Of a stretch of 64,000 nucleotides of DNA, positions 1 through 8,908 are shown one piece after another. The position numbers were made by a program, and so were the translations under genes. Under the pieces are notes generated by a model, which was not told where the DNA came from, ran no database searches, and saw only the letters and a program-made list of their open reading frames with translations. The DNA comes from an uncultured virus (IMG/VR IMGVR_UViG_3300037418_002259) (Duplodnaviria; Heunggongvirae; Uroviricota; Caudoviricetes). The stretch lies in the IMG/VR virus record IMGVR_UViG_3300037418_002259; one strand, 5' to 3'. Within the stretch, counting starts at the first letter, position 1. Every line of letters starts with the position of its first letter.

Positions 1-227
1 AATCAGCCCGCGTGGGCGTACCTGCGCGGCGGCGAGCGCCCGAGCATCGCAGCGTTCGGGTATCACGCCGGCGAGTCGCGGACTGCGGTGGTCGAGTACC
101 TGGTCGAAGAGGCGCTGCGGTGAGCCGTCTGCGCCTGCGTACCGTGGCGGCGTGGGTGGTGATCGTTGCCGCTGTCCTGCTCGGGCATTCCGCTGGCGTG
201 ACGCCGGGGGATCTGTGGCGCTACTTG

Positions 228-303
228 TTGCACTGAATGCTAAGCGGGTATACGCTGCTCTTGTTGGCTGGAAGAGCGCCCGGCCCCCAACCGAGGAGAC
301 ACA
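228..303 (+). promoter_or_regulatory. Class A promoter + leader hairpin + RBS
   Basis: TTGCAC-17nt-TACGCT; spacer contains GCTAAGCGGGTA; hairpin GGCTGG-AAGAGCGC-CCGGCC (266-285); AGGAGAC before ATG 304. Confidence 0.8.
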
Positions 304-546
304 ATGGACCACGCACAGACCCCCCGCCGCGAACTCCCCCTCCAGCTCCTGGCCATCACGCTCCTGCGGGGCACGGTCAAGCACCTGATCGACACCGAAG
401 AGGGAAACGGCGTGACCCTGTGCGGTCGGAGCACCGGCATCAACCCCCGGTACATCCGCGTCGGCAGCCACGTCACCTCGCTTGAGTCCACGGACAACGC
501 GAACTGCAAGAAGTGCATCGCCATCGCCGAGACGATGGAGGACTGA
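304..546 (+). CDS. Small hypothetical protein, possible Zn-binding (TLCG...CKKC)
   Basis: RBS AGGAGAC; first gene after a class A promoter. Confidence 0.75.
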   Translation: MDHAQTPRRELPLQLLAITLLRGTVKHLIDTEEGNGVTLCGRSTGINPRYIRVGSHVTSLESTDNANCKKCIAIAETMED

Positions 547-549
547 CCG

Positions 550-915
550 ATGCCCGCGCGAGCCGCGCGCCGCCCCCGGGTGGTGCGCTGCCCCGGCTGC
601 GAGAAGCCGCTGCACGACGGCCAGCCCCTCGACCACGTCACCGGCGACGTCGGCGGCTACGTCGAGACCAGCCCTGGCCACTTCCGCAAGACGCACCGTG
701 AGGGCCAGATCGGCTGGCACGAGTCGTGCCTCGCCGACTTCCGCGCTCTGAACGAGCGCTCGGCCGCCGCCGCGCTGCTGGCCCAGGACATCGACATGGT
801 GTCCTGCTTCCCTGGCCGCGAGGATGTCGCCGTACGCGCGATGCGGAACAACGGCCGCAGCGAGGACCACATCGCCGCTGTGCTGGCCGCCGTCGAGGAA
901 GGACGGAAGTCCTGA
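550..915 (+). CDS. Hypothetical protein (CxxC, HxxC)
   Basis: Follows previous gene by 3 nt; TGATG coupling to next. Confidence 0.7.
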   Translation: MPARAARRPRVVRCPGCEKPLHDGQPLDHVTGDVGGYVETSPGHFRKTHREGQIGWHESCLADFRALNERSAAAALLAQDIDMVSCFPGREDVAVRAMRNNGRSEDHIAAVLAAVEEGRKS

Positions 916-1160
916 TGGCGCGCGCAAAGCTGGTCGACGCGATCGCTGCGTCGCTCGTCGCGGACCAGGCTCTCGAAGACCTCGCGATCCGCGAGAAGGC
1001 GCAGGGCGTCGACTACGAGACGCCCGAGTGGAAGGCCGCGAACCGGGCACTGGCCGCCACCTACCGCCAGGTGCCCTGGTGGGCGCGCTGGTGGTCGGAG
1101 AAGCTGATCGACGCGGCCTGGCGTGCGCGTGGCTCGCGGTACGTCGGAGAAGCCCGATGA
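915..1160 (+). CDS. Hypothetical protein (MARAKLVDA...)
   Basis: TGATG overlap start; GC-rich third codon positions. Confidence 0.65.
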   Translation: MARAKLVDAIAASLVADQALEDLAIREKAQGVDYETPEWKAANRALAATYRQVPWWARWWSEKLIDAAWRARGSRYVGEAR

Positions 1161-1195
1161 GCCGCCCCAGACACCTACCTGATCGAGGACACGAA

Positions 1196-1501
1196 ATGAC
1201 CATCACCACGCACACCGCGACATGCCCCAACCCGACCTGCGGATCCGACCTGAAGTCGTTCCGCGCCGAGGTTGACGACAACGACACCCGCTGCGCCGAC
1301 CCGTGGCACGACACCCCATGGCCGGCGGACGCGACCCGGGACAAGATCTCGACCGTGCTGAACGAGCACCAGGTCGTCGGAGTGTCCGGCTACGGCGTGG
1401 AGCAGATCATGTGCGACTGCTCCCGCTACGTCTGGTACAGCACCGACCAGTACCGCGAGCACCTCGCCCTGAAGCTGGCCGCCGCGCTGGCCGAGGCCTG
1501 A
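1196..1501 (+). CDS. Hypothetical protein, Cys/His-rich
   Basis: GAGGA RBS before ATG 1196. Confidence 0.65.
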   Translation: MTITTHTATCPNPTCGSDLKSFRAEVDDNDTRCADPWHDTPWPADATRDKISTVLNEHQVVGVSGYGVEQIMCDCSRYVWYSTDQYREHLALKLAAALAEA

Positions 1502-1504
1502 CCG

Positions 1505-2008
1505 ATGACCACCAACACGAGCTACGGCACCTGCCTGCAGCACACCGGCGACCAGAGCGTGCGCGTCGCGATCGAGTACGCGCTCGCTGACCACGCCGGC
1601 GACTTCGACATGCCCGCGATCGAAGCGGAGTACCGCGCGGCCCTAGCTGAACTGCTGCCCGAGGGCGTGACCCTGAACGGCGACGAGTTCTACGGCCCGT
1701 ACCCGATGCCCGAGGACGCCGATGTCGCGATCCGTGCAGCGGTCGAGGAACTGAAGGGCGACCGGTTCTGGGCGCTCGTCGCCAGGCATGACGGCGTCAC
1801 TCGGTTCGTTCACGAACGCAACGGCGACCAGTTGGTCGTCCGCCGCTACTCGAACGGGGACGTGTACGTCAGCGTCACGTCACCGGTCGGGTCCGCGGCG
1901 CTGATTTTGCCTCCCGAAGCCGGGAACGGCCTGGTCGAGTACCTGCGGCCGGGAGCGATGAGCGGCCGTGTCCTGCCTGCTGAGGAAGAGCCCGAGGGGA
2001 TCCGGTGA
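1505..2008 (+). CDS. Hypothetical protein
   Basis: Operon continuity; GTGA overlap with next. Confidence 0.7.
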   Translation: MTTNTSYGTCLQHTGDQSVRVAIEYALADHAGDFDMPAIEAEYRAALAELLPEGVTLNGDEFYGPYPMPEDADVAIRAAVEELKGDRFWALVARHDGVTRFVHERNGDQLVVRRYSNGDVYVSVTSPVGSAALILPPEAGNGLVEYLRPGAMSGRVLPAEEEPEGIR

Positions 2009-2253
2009 GCACGACCACCTACCGCGCCACGGTCCCGCTCCCCCTGAACCCGGACAGCCGCCGCGAGGTCATCGAGACGCTGCGACAGTTCGGCACGGTT
2101 GTCCGTGTCCAGGAGGACGGCGCGCGGTGGGAACTCGACGCACCCGACCTGTACGCCCTCGCCGAGACCGTGTTCGAGGTCCGCGCCGAGATCGCGTTCG
2201 CCTACGGGTTCCCCCCGACCATCCCGCGCCCGAGAGAGGTCCGCGCGAAATGA
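2005..2253 (+). CDS. Hypothetical protein
   Basis: GTGA/ATGA coupling at both ends. Confidence 0.65.
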   Translation: MSTTTYRATVPLPLNPDSRREVIETLRQFGTVVRVQEDGARWELDAPDLYALAETVFEVRAEIAFAYGFPPTIPRPREVRAK

Positions 2254-2969
2254 CCACGTTCACCGAAGACTTCCAGCGCCGGCTGCGCGCCGTACTGGCG
2301 AAGCGCACCGGCCGGGAGATCCCTGCCGACGCCAAGATCACGATCAACGCCGACGGCGCGAGCTACGGCGAGGACTCGTCCCTCGGCATGGACCTGTCGC
2401 TCGACATCCGCGCATCCGGTCCGGTGCACGCCGAGTACACGTACGACGAGCCGGGCGCATGGCCGCGCCTGCTCGCCGACCTCGAAGCGGTCGACACCCC
2501 GCCTCCGCTCGACGTACTGGCGGCCGACATGCTGGTCCAGCTAAACGACCAGGGCGGCCGGATGCTGCCTGACAACGACGCGGCCAAGATCATCCTTGCC
2601 GGGCGTGACCTGATCGCCCGCCATGGCGACCACTGGTACATCACCCCGGGCGGCCGCGAGGTCGCCGCCGAGATCAAGGCAGCCGGCGCGCCGAAGACTC
2701 CCCCGCGCGCGTTCGTACGCGTCGAGCGGCACTCATCGATCCCTGGCGCAGCGTCGTCGGAGTGGTGGGCGTGGGACGAACTCGGGACCCGCTACCTCCT
2801 GCAGTTCGCGCACGGCATCGGCACCGTCCGCGCCGTTGTGCAGCCTGGTGGCGACTTGCATGAGGTACGCCGGTTCGAGCAGGGCACATCGAGTCACATC
2901 ACCCTCGACGCGTTCGCCCACCGCGCCGGTATCGACGTGTCACAGATCCCCGAGGAGCAGCGCCGATGA
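2250..2969 (+). CDS. Hypothetical protein
   Basis: ATGA coupling; GAGG RBS. Confidence 0.7.
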   Translation: MTTFTEDFQRRLRAVLAKRTGREIPADAKITINADGASYGEDSSLGMDLSLDIRASGPVHAEYTYDEPGAWPRLLADLEAVDTPPPLDVLAADMLVQLNDQGGRMLPDNDAAKIILAGRDLIARHGDHWYITPGGREVAAEIKAAGAPKTPPRAFVRVERHSSIPGAASSEWWAWDELGTRYLLQFAHGIGTVRAVVQPGGDLHEVRRFEQGTSSHITLDAFAHRAGIDVSQIPEEQRR

Positions 2970-3205
2970 CAGCGGACTTTGACGCGGCCCTGGCCAACCT
3001 CGCCGCGTACGACGCCGAGCGGGACGCGCGGGCCGAGAAAGCGCTCGTGTTCGCTCGGGACGTCCTCGGCGTGCAGCTCACCACCATGCAGGAGCAGACG
3101 ATCCGAGCGCTGTACCACGGCGGCCACGTCTACAACGCCCGGCCGCACGGCCTTCGCACCGTGGAACGCGTCATCACCGAGTTCGAGGCGGAGGCCGCAC
3201 GATGA
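2966..3205 (+). CDS. Hypothetical protein
   Basis: GAGGAG RBS; ATGA coupling. Confidence 0.65.
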   Translation: MTADFDAALANLAAYDAERDARAEKALVFARDVLGVQLTTMQEQTIRALYHGGHVYNARPHGLRTVERVITEFEAEAAR

Positions 3206-3633
3206 GCGTCACACTCGCGCAGTTCGTCGAGAACCGGCTCGACGAGATCGAGGAGGCCGCGCTCGCTGTCCTCGGCGTCAACCTGATCGTGGACCGCCGC
3301 CTCGGGAAGCCGCTGCCCCGCTGGGGACGGGACGGGTCCTCGATCCGCGACGGTGTCACCGAGCGCCGCGACGACCGGATCCTCCGGGTGAAGCACACCT
3401 GGGCCCGCGAGGCGGAGCACATCATCCGCCACGACCCGGCCCGGGTCCTCGACGAGGTCGACGCGAAGCGCCGCACCCTGACCCGGCACGCCAGTTGCGG
3501 CACCGGCACCGGGTACTGCGACGACGGCGGCCACGGCTGGGACGAGATCGGCGGCTGCGCGGACCTCGCTGACCTGGCCGCGCCGGACCACGAACACCCC
3601 GACTACAACCCCGCGTGGAAGGTATGGGCATGA
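3202..3633 (+). CDS. DUF6221-like actinophage protein
   Basis: RHDPARVLDEVDAKRR and C-terminal LAAPDHEHPDYNPAW motifs. Confidence 0.7.
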   Translation: MSVTLAQFVENRLDEIEEAALAVLGVNLIVDRRLGKPLPRWGRDGSSIRDGVTERRDDRILRVKHTWAREAEHIIRHDPARVLDEVDAKRRTLTRHASCGTGTGYCDDGGHGWDEIGGCADLADLAAPDHEHPDYNPAWKVWA

Positions 3634-4169
3634 GCGACGTACAGGACAAGCCGCCCACGAACACATACCAGGCCGCGGACTGGATCGTGAAGCGGCACCC
3701 GTGGGCTAGGGAGATGGTGGAGCGTGTCGTCGGCCCGCTGGGCGACGTCGACTCGAACCACATCTGGCTCAACGAACTCGCGCAAGCCGTCCTCGACCAC
3801 GCCGCGTACAGCGAAGAGTGGAAGCGGTACAGAGACCGGACCCCGCCACCGTCGTCGTACGACGACCCGGACGAGCGGAAGTACAACGCGTGGGAGGCGG
3901 CCGGCCCGCAGCCCACGCCGGGAGCCGCGGCCTACGGCCCGATGTCCAGCGGTGAGCGACGCATCGTCCGACTGATCGCGACACTGGCCCGCGCCGGTGT
4001 TCCCTGGTCGGTCGACGACATCAGTTTCGACCAGCGCGGGGCCCGGATCCTGCTCGACTGGATGGCTGTCTGCCGCGCCCAGCTGCCCGAGGAACTGTAC
4101 GACCCGAACTACGACCCCGAAGCGAAGTGGCGCGACTTCGCGGCCCGCAGGGAGGCTGGCGAACTATGA
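3630..4169 (+). CDS. Hypothetical protein
   Basis: ATGA coupling; last gene of the unit. Confidence 0.7.
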   Translation: MSDVQDKPPTNTYQAADWIVKRHPWAREMVERVVGPLGDVDSNHIWLNELAQAVLDHAAYSEEWKRYRDRTPPPSSYDDPDERKYNAWEAAGPQPTPGAAAYGPMSSGERRIVRLIATLARAGVPWSVDDISFDQRGARILLDWMAVCRAQLPEELYDPNYDPEAKWRDFAARREAGEL

Positions 4170-4187
4170 GCCTCTGGCGTCGGAAGA

Positions 4188-4264
4188 TCGCCAAGCGACA
4201 CTAAGCGGGTATACACTACCCGTGTCCGGGGAGAGCAGCCCGGCAGACAGGAGACCAAAGCAAC
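4188..4264 (+). promoter_or_regulatory. Class A promoter + leader hairpin + RBS
   Basis: TCGCCA-18nt-TACACT with CTAAGCGGGTA; hairpin CCGGG-GAGAGCAG-CCCGG (4226-4243); AGGAGACC. Confidence 0.8.
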
Positions 4265-4639
4265 ATGACTGACCGCTTCCCCGTCACGACCCTTCAGTAC
4301 GTGATCCTGGACGAGATGCCGCTACGGTTCGTCCCGCCCGTGGATCCCTACGACGTGCACCACCAGGAGATCGACCCGGAGTTCTACGCCGCGCTTCCCC
4401 AGCCGTTCCGGGACGCCGCCGCGCGCGCTGTCACCAGCGAGGAAAGCGACCTGAAGTGCGCCGACTGCCGCGAGACGATCGGGTGGGTCCTGATCGAGGA
4501 CGACGAGCGGCCGCACCAGAGCGGCATGCGCTGGCTCCAGGTCTGCATCGTTGCCACCGGCGAGGCTGTAGCCATGGTGTGCGAGGACTGCTCTCCCGAG
4601 GTATACGCCACCATCGGGGAGCCGTTCGATGGCGACTGA
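4265..4639 (+). CDS. Hypothetical Zn-ribbon protein (CADC...CEDC)
   Basis: RBS; first gene after promoter. Confidence 0.75.
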   Translation: MTDRFPVTTLQYVILDEMPLRFVPPVDPYDVHHQEIDPEFYAALPQPFRDAAARAVTSEESDLKCADCRETIGWVLIEDDERPHQSGMRWLQVCIVATGEAVAMVCEDCSPEVYATIGEPFDGD

Positions 4640-5129
4640 CCTGTTGCAGCAGCTCGAACTGTTCAGCGAAGTCGACTTCGAGACCGAACCCATGGTCTCG
4701 ATCTACGTCAGCTACCACACCCACTACCGGGTGCCCCGCGCCGAATACCGGTTCCCGACCGGACAGCACGACCGCGAGCGGTGGGACCTGTTCACGTCCA
4801 AGCCCCGGGAAGCCAAGCACCACACGGTGCGGCTGATCGACCACGGGCCGACGATGCTGAGCGTGGACGCATGCCAGTACGGCGTGCACACCGACTGCCG
4901 CAACGGCAACCACAAGGGCTGCCCGTTCAACCCCGGCCGCACGCACGGCGACGGCAGGAACCGGATCACCACCGGCACCATCATCGAGCACCGCGACGAG
5001 CACGGGTACTGGCGTCCCGTCGAGGACGAGAGCAAACCGGGCCGGCCGTACCTGTACCTCCTGCCGTTCCATGTGTGGCAGTGTGCCTGCGACTGCCACC
5101 ACGACCTCCTGACAGAAGGCAGCAAATGA
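4629..5129 (+). CDS. Hypothetical Cys/His-rich protein (WQCACDCH)
   Basis: Overlap coupling; GGAG RBS. Confidence 0.7.
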   Translation: MATDLLQQLELFSEVDFETEPMVSIYVSYHTHYRVPRAEYRFPTGQHDRERWDLFTSKPREAKHHTVRLIDHGPTMLSVDACQYGVHTDCRNGNHKGCPFNPGRTHGDGRNRITTGTIIEHRDEHGYWRPVEDESKPGRPYLYLLPFHVWQCACDCHHDLLTEGSK

Positions 5130-5383
5130 ACCTCCCGATCGACCTCGGCGAGACGCGGAACGCCACACCGATGCCCGCGGACACGATCGAATGGCGGCAC
5201 GTCTACCGTGCCGGATCGATGATCGGCACCCTCTACACCGTCGAACCCAACCCGGACCTCGACCTGCCCGCCGGCTACCGGTTCATCGAGCGGCTCTCGG
5301 TCGGCACCTGGTACGACGAGTGGAACACCCTCGACGAGGCGGTCGACGCGATCACCCACCACTACGCGGAGAAGGAAGCCTGA
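5126..5383 (+). CDS. Hypothetical protein
   Basis: ATGA coupling. Confidence 0.65.
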   Translation: MNLPIDLGETRNATPMPADTIEWRHVYRAGSMIGTLYTVEPNPDLDLPAGYRFIERLSVGTWYDEWNTLDEAVDAITHHYAEKEA

Positions 5384-5772
5384 TGGGCCAGTACGTCATC
5401 AAGGAAGCACCCGACACGGACTACTACGTCGTGTGGTCGACCTTCACCGACTCCCCCGTGTTCGGCGGACCCCGTGACGAGCTGCTGCCGTGGCTGTGGG
5501 ACGACGACGACCGGAAGCCGGACCGGATCGAGGACTGGGAACCGACCCACCCGGACAACATCGTCCAGCGCGCCGACAAGGTCGGTACGTCGGTACGGAC
5601 CAGGATCGGGCCGGGCCCGCTTGTCGGGTCGTGGGAGCACGACCACATCACCTACCGCGGGAACGGCGTACAGGGCGACGTGAAGCGCGCCGACCTGTTC
5701 ACGTTGACCCGCCGGCTCGGAGACGACGAGGCAGCTGACGTCGCTGACCTGGTCGAGCCATTCGATGGCTAG
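5383..5772 (+). CDS. Hypothetical protein
   Basis: TGATG coupling; AAGGA RBS. Confidence 0.7.
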   Translation: MGQYVIKEAPDTDYYVVWSTFTDSPVFGGPRDELLPWLWDDDDRKPDRIEDWEPTHPDNIVQRADKVGTSVRTRIGPGPLVGSWEHDHITYRGNGVQGDVKRADLFTLTRRLGDDEAADVADLVEPFDG

Positions 5773-6124
5773 CCGACCGACCGCGCAGGACCGCGCCGTC
5801 CTAGTCGAGTCCTGGGGCGGGCCGCTCGCGCCAGACGTGCAGTTCGTCGAGGTACGCGGTGGGCGGGTGCATGTCGCGGCCTACAATCCGGACTCCATCG
5901 ACGGATTCCCCGTGACCGCAGAGGGTGTCACTGATCTCCTGGTCGGCGTCGTCTGGACGTTCTGCGGTGCCGAGATCCGCAAGCACCTCGGCGGGCTGGA
6001 GGAGTCCGCCTGGCCGACCGCTGCTTTCGCCGACGAGAAACTCTGCCAGCGGTGCGTGGCCGCTGTACCCGAGAACGACCGATGGCGGCTGTTCGAGCAC
6101 GATCAGGAGAACCCGAGTGAGTAA
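5765..6124 (+). CDS. Hypothetical protein
   Basis: Overlap coupling. Confidence 0.65.
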   Translation: MASRPTAQDRAVLVESWGGPLAPDVQFVEVRGGRVHVAAYNPDSIDGFPVTAEGVTDLLVGVVWTFCGAEIRKHLGGLEESAWPTAAFADEKLCQRCVAAVPENDRWRLFEHDQENPSE

Positions 6125-6482
6125 GCGCATCAACGATGCTCGGCTGTGGGCGCTGATGCTCACCCCGCTCCAGGACGCCGGCCTCGACTACGCCACCGCA
6201 GACCGCACCAGCCGCCAGCTCGTCGCTCTCGTACGCCGCGAGCGTGACCCAGGGCGGCGTACGTTCGCTCCTGGCGACCCGTTGCCCTCGCCTCCTCCCG
6301 CGAGGGTGGCGGACGTGGACGGCGAGATCTGGGAGCACCAGGACGCCGGGAACGGCTGCTACCGCATGTGCGAGTCCGACCGGCGACGGCTCGCGGACAG
6401 CACCGAGGACGTCGAGGGCGTGCGCGTCTGGCCGTTCTTCCTCGACGAGTGGGGCCCGCTGACGGAGGTTGAGGGCGCATGA
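6117..6482 (+). CDS. Hypothetical protein
   Basis: AGGAG RBS before GTG 6117. Confidence 0.65.
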   Translation: MSKRINDARLWALMLTPLQDAGLDYATADRTSRQLVALVRRERDPGRRTFAPGDPLPSPPPARVADVDGEIWEHQDAGNGCYRMCESDRRRLADSTEDVEGVRVWPFFLDEWGPLTEVEGA

Positions 6483-6805
6483 CCGACGCGCCTACCATCA
6501 CGCTGCGCGTCACCGGCCCGCACGGCGATCGCGTGTGCGAGATCAAGGCAATCCCGGGCAAGCAGTTCGCGATCGCGGTCCCGTCATACGTCGAGCCTGG
6601 CCGGCTGAACGCCACCCGCCACAAGGACTCGGTCGCCGTCAACGCTCAACTGATCGCGATGGCCCGGCGTACCGGCAACGATCGAGTCTTCCGCGCGTAC
6701 GTGTTTCACCTGCCGTCTGGTGATCTGCTGTGGTCTGGTTTCCCCGCGGACGAGGGCGACCGGCTCGCGGCGGCACAGGCCGCCTACGACCGCGTCGGGT
6801 CATAG
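6479..6805 (+). CDS. Hypothetical protein
   Basis: ATGA coupling; GAGGG RBS. Confidence 0.65.
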   Translation: MTDAPTITLRVTGPHGDRVCEIKAIPGKQFAIAVPSYVEPGRLNATRHKDSVAVNAQLIAMARRTGNDRVFRAYVFHLPSGDLLWSGFPADEGDRLAAAQAAYDRVGS

Positions 6806-7084
6806 GCCGCCTGGCATCTTGGCCTCGCGCCGGATCTCGTCGGATGGCCACGTGTCAGCCGGCCGGAGATGCGACTGGTGGAACCAGTCCTCGACGGAGC
6901 GCGGTTGCCGGTGGTCGGGGATGTACACGACCCGGGCGGCCCAGTCGCCGCTGCCTTGCCGTCGCCATTCGAGGATGAGGCCGGGCCAGGGTCCGGTAGC
7001 GTCGCGGGTTCGGAGTACCCAGCAGTGTCGTTGTGTGGCGTCGGGGCCGTGGTGGTCACGGGGGTAGCGCTTGTTCGAGCCCAT
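6800..7084 (-). CDS. Small hypothetical protein (MGSNKRYP...GLILEWRR...WAARVVY), probably leaderless
   Basis: Fills the gap between + strand units; minus-strand TACCGT -10 lies 6 nt before the ATG. Confidence 0.65.
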   Translation of the reverse strand: MGSNKRYPRDHHGPDATQRHCWVLRTRDATGPWPGLILEWRRQGSGDWAARVVYIPDHRQPRSVEDWFHQSHLRPADTWPSDEIRREAKMPGGL

Positions 7085-7103
7085 GGCGGCACGGTACGAC
7101 CAC

Positions 7104-7177
7104 TTGCCGACATCACTAAGCGGGTATACGCTGCCGTTGTGCGGCTGAAGAGCAGCAGCCCAGACAAGGAGACCACC
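7104..7177 (+). promoter_or_regulatory. Class A promoter + leader hairpin + RBS
   Basis: TTGCCG-17nt-TACGCT; hairpin GGCTG-AAGAGCAG-CAGCC (7143-7160); AGGAGACC. Confidence 0.85.
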
Positions 7178-7858
7178 ATGAGCCACGCGCCCACCGTCGA
7201 CGTCGACTACTTCACCGCCTACAACGCCGACTCCGACCTGTACAACCGCGCACCCATCGAGTACATCTTTCGCCAGGTGGGCGACGGCCCCCTCGTCATG
7301 TGGTACCTCAACACGGTGGGCGACCTCGTCGAGGTGACCGACACGATCGACATGCCGTTCCTCGACCTCGTCTGGGAGCGGATGCGCGACGTCGAGGCCT
7401 CCGCGCGAGTCACCGGATCGGTCGGCTCCAATCACGTCGTGACCTTCGGCGCGTCGCCGATCGTCATCGAGTGGTACCGCGACCAGCCCGTGGCCGCACC
7501 GGACAACCCGGCCAACCGCCCGGTCAAGCCGTTCTCGCTGCGCCCGGTCGAGACGACGTTCCTGTTCGCGCCGCCGTCCTCGTTCCACGGGAACACGGTC
7601 GTCACCGCGACGTACGTCCCGGCCGGATACGGCGGACTCCCGCAGCACCTGGTGATCTTCTACACCGGCGGCGTCCACTGGACTCCCGCCGAGATCGGCG
7701 GCGACGCACCGGTGTTTGGCGTGGGGCGGGTCGAGTACGACGACGTCGACCAGAAGGAGATCACGACCCCGATCGGGTTCTCCCACCTGACCTACTCGGA
7801 GGCGCTCACCCTGCACGCCGCCGAGCTGCAGCGCGCGCTCGGCGCGCCTCAGGCGTAG
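7178..7858 (+). CDS. Hypothetical protein
   Basis: RBS; lies between promoter and terminator. Confidence 0.75.
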   Translation: MSHAPTVDVDYFTAYNADSDLYNRAPIEYIFRQVGDGPLVMWYLNTVGDLVEVTDTIDMPFLDLVWERMRDVEASARVTGSVGSNHVVTFGASPIVIEWYRDQPVAAPDNPANRPVKPFSLRPVETTFLFAPPSSFHGNTVVTATYVPAGYGGLPQHLVIFYTGGVHWTPAEIGGDAPVFGVGRVEYDDVDQKEITTPIGFSHLTYSEALTLHAAELQRALGAPQA

Positions 7859-7876
7859 CCTCAACACCGAACGAGG

Positions 7877-7908
7877 AAGGGCTCCCCGCGGACGGGCGGG
7901 GAGCCCTT
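7877..7908 (+). terminator. Intrinsic terminator hairpin
   Basis: AAGGGCTCCCCGC-ggacgg-GCGGGGAGCCCTT. Confidence 0.75.
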
Positions 7909-7915
7909 TCGCATG

Positions 7916-7950
7916 CTCGACGCGACGTAACCCGCACCGCGCCCTACCGT
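7916..7950 (+). promoter_or_regulatory. Class B promoter
   Basis: CTCGACGCGACGTAAC-13nt-TACCGT, 7 nt before ATG 7958. Confidence 0.7.
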
Positions 7951-7957
7951 CGCCAGC

Positions 7958-8182
7958 ATGAGACTTACAACCATCTGGACGATCCCGGCCATGAGCCTCG
8001 GCGAGCGGTTCCGTCGCACCGGTGAGGCCGCGCTGATCGCCATCGCCCACCGGCTCCCCCGCGCACTGGCGTACCGGTCGTTCATCGACACCGGAGCCCG
8101 CCACATCCACTCCGACGAGATCGTGACCGACGTCAGCTACCTCGACGTGCTCCGCCGCATGGGGGCGACCGTCGAGCGCTGA
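7958..8182 (+). CDS. Small hypothetical protein, probably leaderless
   Basis: No RBS; ATG at the predicted +1 of a class B promoter. Confidence 0.65.
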   Translation: MRLTTIWTIPAMSLGERFRRTGEAALIAIAHRLPRALAYRSFIDTGARHIHSDEIVTDVSYLDVLRRMGATVER

Positions 8183-8210
8183 GCCGCCGGCGGTTCCGGC
8201 CCGGTCCGTC

Positions 8211-8289
8211 TTGCCTTGCGATGCTAAGCGGGTATACGGTGGGGTTATCGCCGGATGAGCGCCCGGCACAACCAAGGAGACCAGCACCC
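8211..8289 (+). promoter_or_regulatory. Class A promoter + leader hairpin + RBS
   Basis: TTGCCT-18nt-TACGGT; GCCGG-ATGAGCGC-CCGGC (8250-8267); AAGGAGACC. Confidence 0.8.
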
Positions 8290-8712
8290 ATGAACAAGAC
8301 GCCGATCGAAATCCTCGCCGACTCCCTTCTCGCGACCGCCGGTGACGACGAAGCCCCCGACCTGCTCGACGCGTTCGTGGCAACGGAATCCCTGCTCGAC
8401 CGGAAGAACTTCCTTGCTCTTGCCGCCGCCCTCGACCTGTGCCCGTTCCACCACTGCGACCTTGAGATCTGCGACGACGACGAGCGCGACTGCCGCGACA
8501 AGATGGCAGAGACCCCCGAGACGACCGACGAGCCGATGTGGGTCGTCGTCACCGTCACGGATGGGGAGGTCGCCGACACGGAGATCCTCGACGCCGAGCC
8601 GGAGTGGGGAGCCGATGAGATCCCGGTCGGGACGTTCCAGATCGTGAGCGCCGGCTACGTCAACGGTGGCGACACGTCCCGAGAGCGCGTCATCGTGGGC
8701 GAGCAGGACTAA
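8290..8712 (+). CDS. Acidic hypothetical protein (CPFHHCDLEIC)
   Basis: RBS; followed by terminator. Confidence 0.75.
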   Translation: MNKTPIEILADSLLATAGDDEAPDLLDAFVATESLLDRKNFLALAAALDLCPFHHCDLEICDDDERDCRDKMAETPETTDEPMWVVVTVTDGEVADTEILDAEPEWGADEIPVGTFQIVSAGYVNGGDTSRERVIVGEQD

Positions 8713-8729
8713 CGCCAGGCCAAGACACA

Positions 8730-8761
8730 GAAGGGCTCCCCGAGTGTTCGGGGAGCCCTTC
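8730..8761 (+). terminator. Intrinsic terminator hairpin
   Basis: GAAGGGCTCCCCGA-gtgt-TCGGGGAGCCCTTC; same stem as 7877. Confidence 0.75.
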
Positions 8762-8766
8762 GCTTT

Positions 8767-8802
8767 GTCGACGCGACGTTAAGCACCCTGCCTAGCGACA
8801 GT
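8767..8802 (+). promoter_or_regulatory. Class B promoter (variant)
   Basis: GTCGACGCGACGTTAAG-13nt-GACAGT. Confidence 0.55.
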
Positions 8803-8832
8803 TGCCCAAGCTGTCCGCCCCCGCTCGCCAGC

Positions 8833-8908
8833 TTGAGGACGCCCACTAAGGGTGTGTACGCTGATAGCCCGGGTCGGAAGAGCAGCCGACCGGACCTAGG
8901 AGACCTCA
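8833..8908 (+). promoter_or_regulatory. Class A promoter + leader hairpin + RBS
   Basis: TTGAGG-18nt-TACGCT; GGTCGG-AAGAGCAG-CCGACC (8872-8891); AGGAGACC. Confidence 0.85.

Noticed and set aside
12..236. Short membrane-protein ORF at the window start
   Set aside because: The 3' part may be a real small gene, but the start cannot be established at the window edge.
8872..8891. GGAAGAGCA/GGGAGAGCA resembles a tRNA D-loop
   Set aside because: No acceptor stem, anticodon arm or TTCG T-loop around any copy; the GG pairs locally with CC. No tRNA genes were found in the window.
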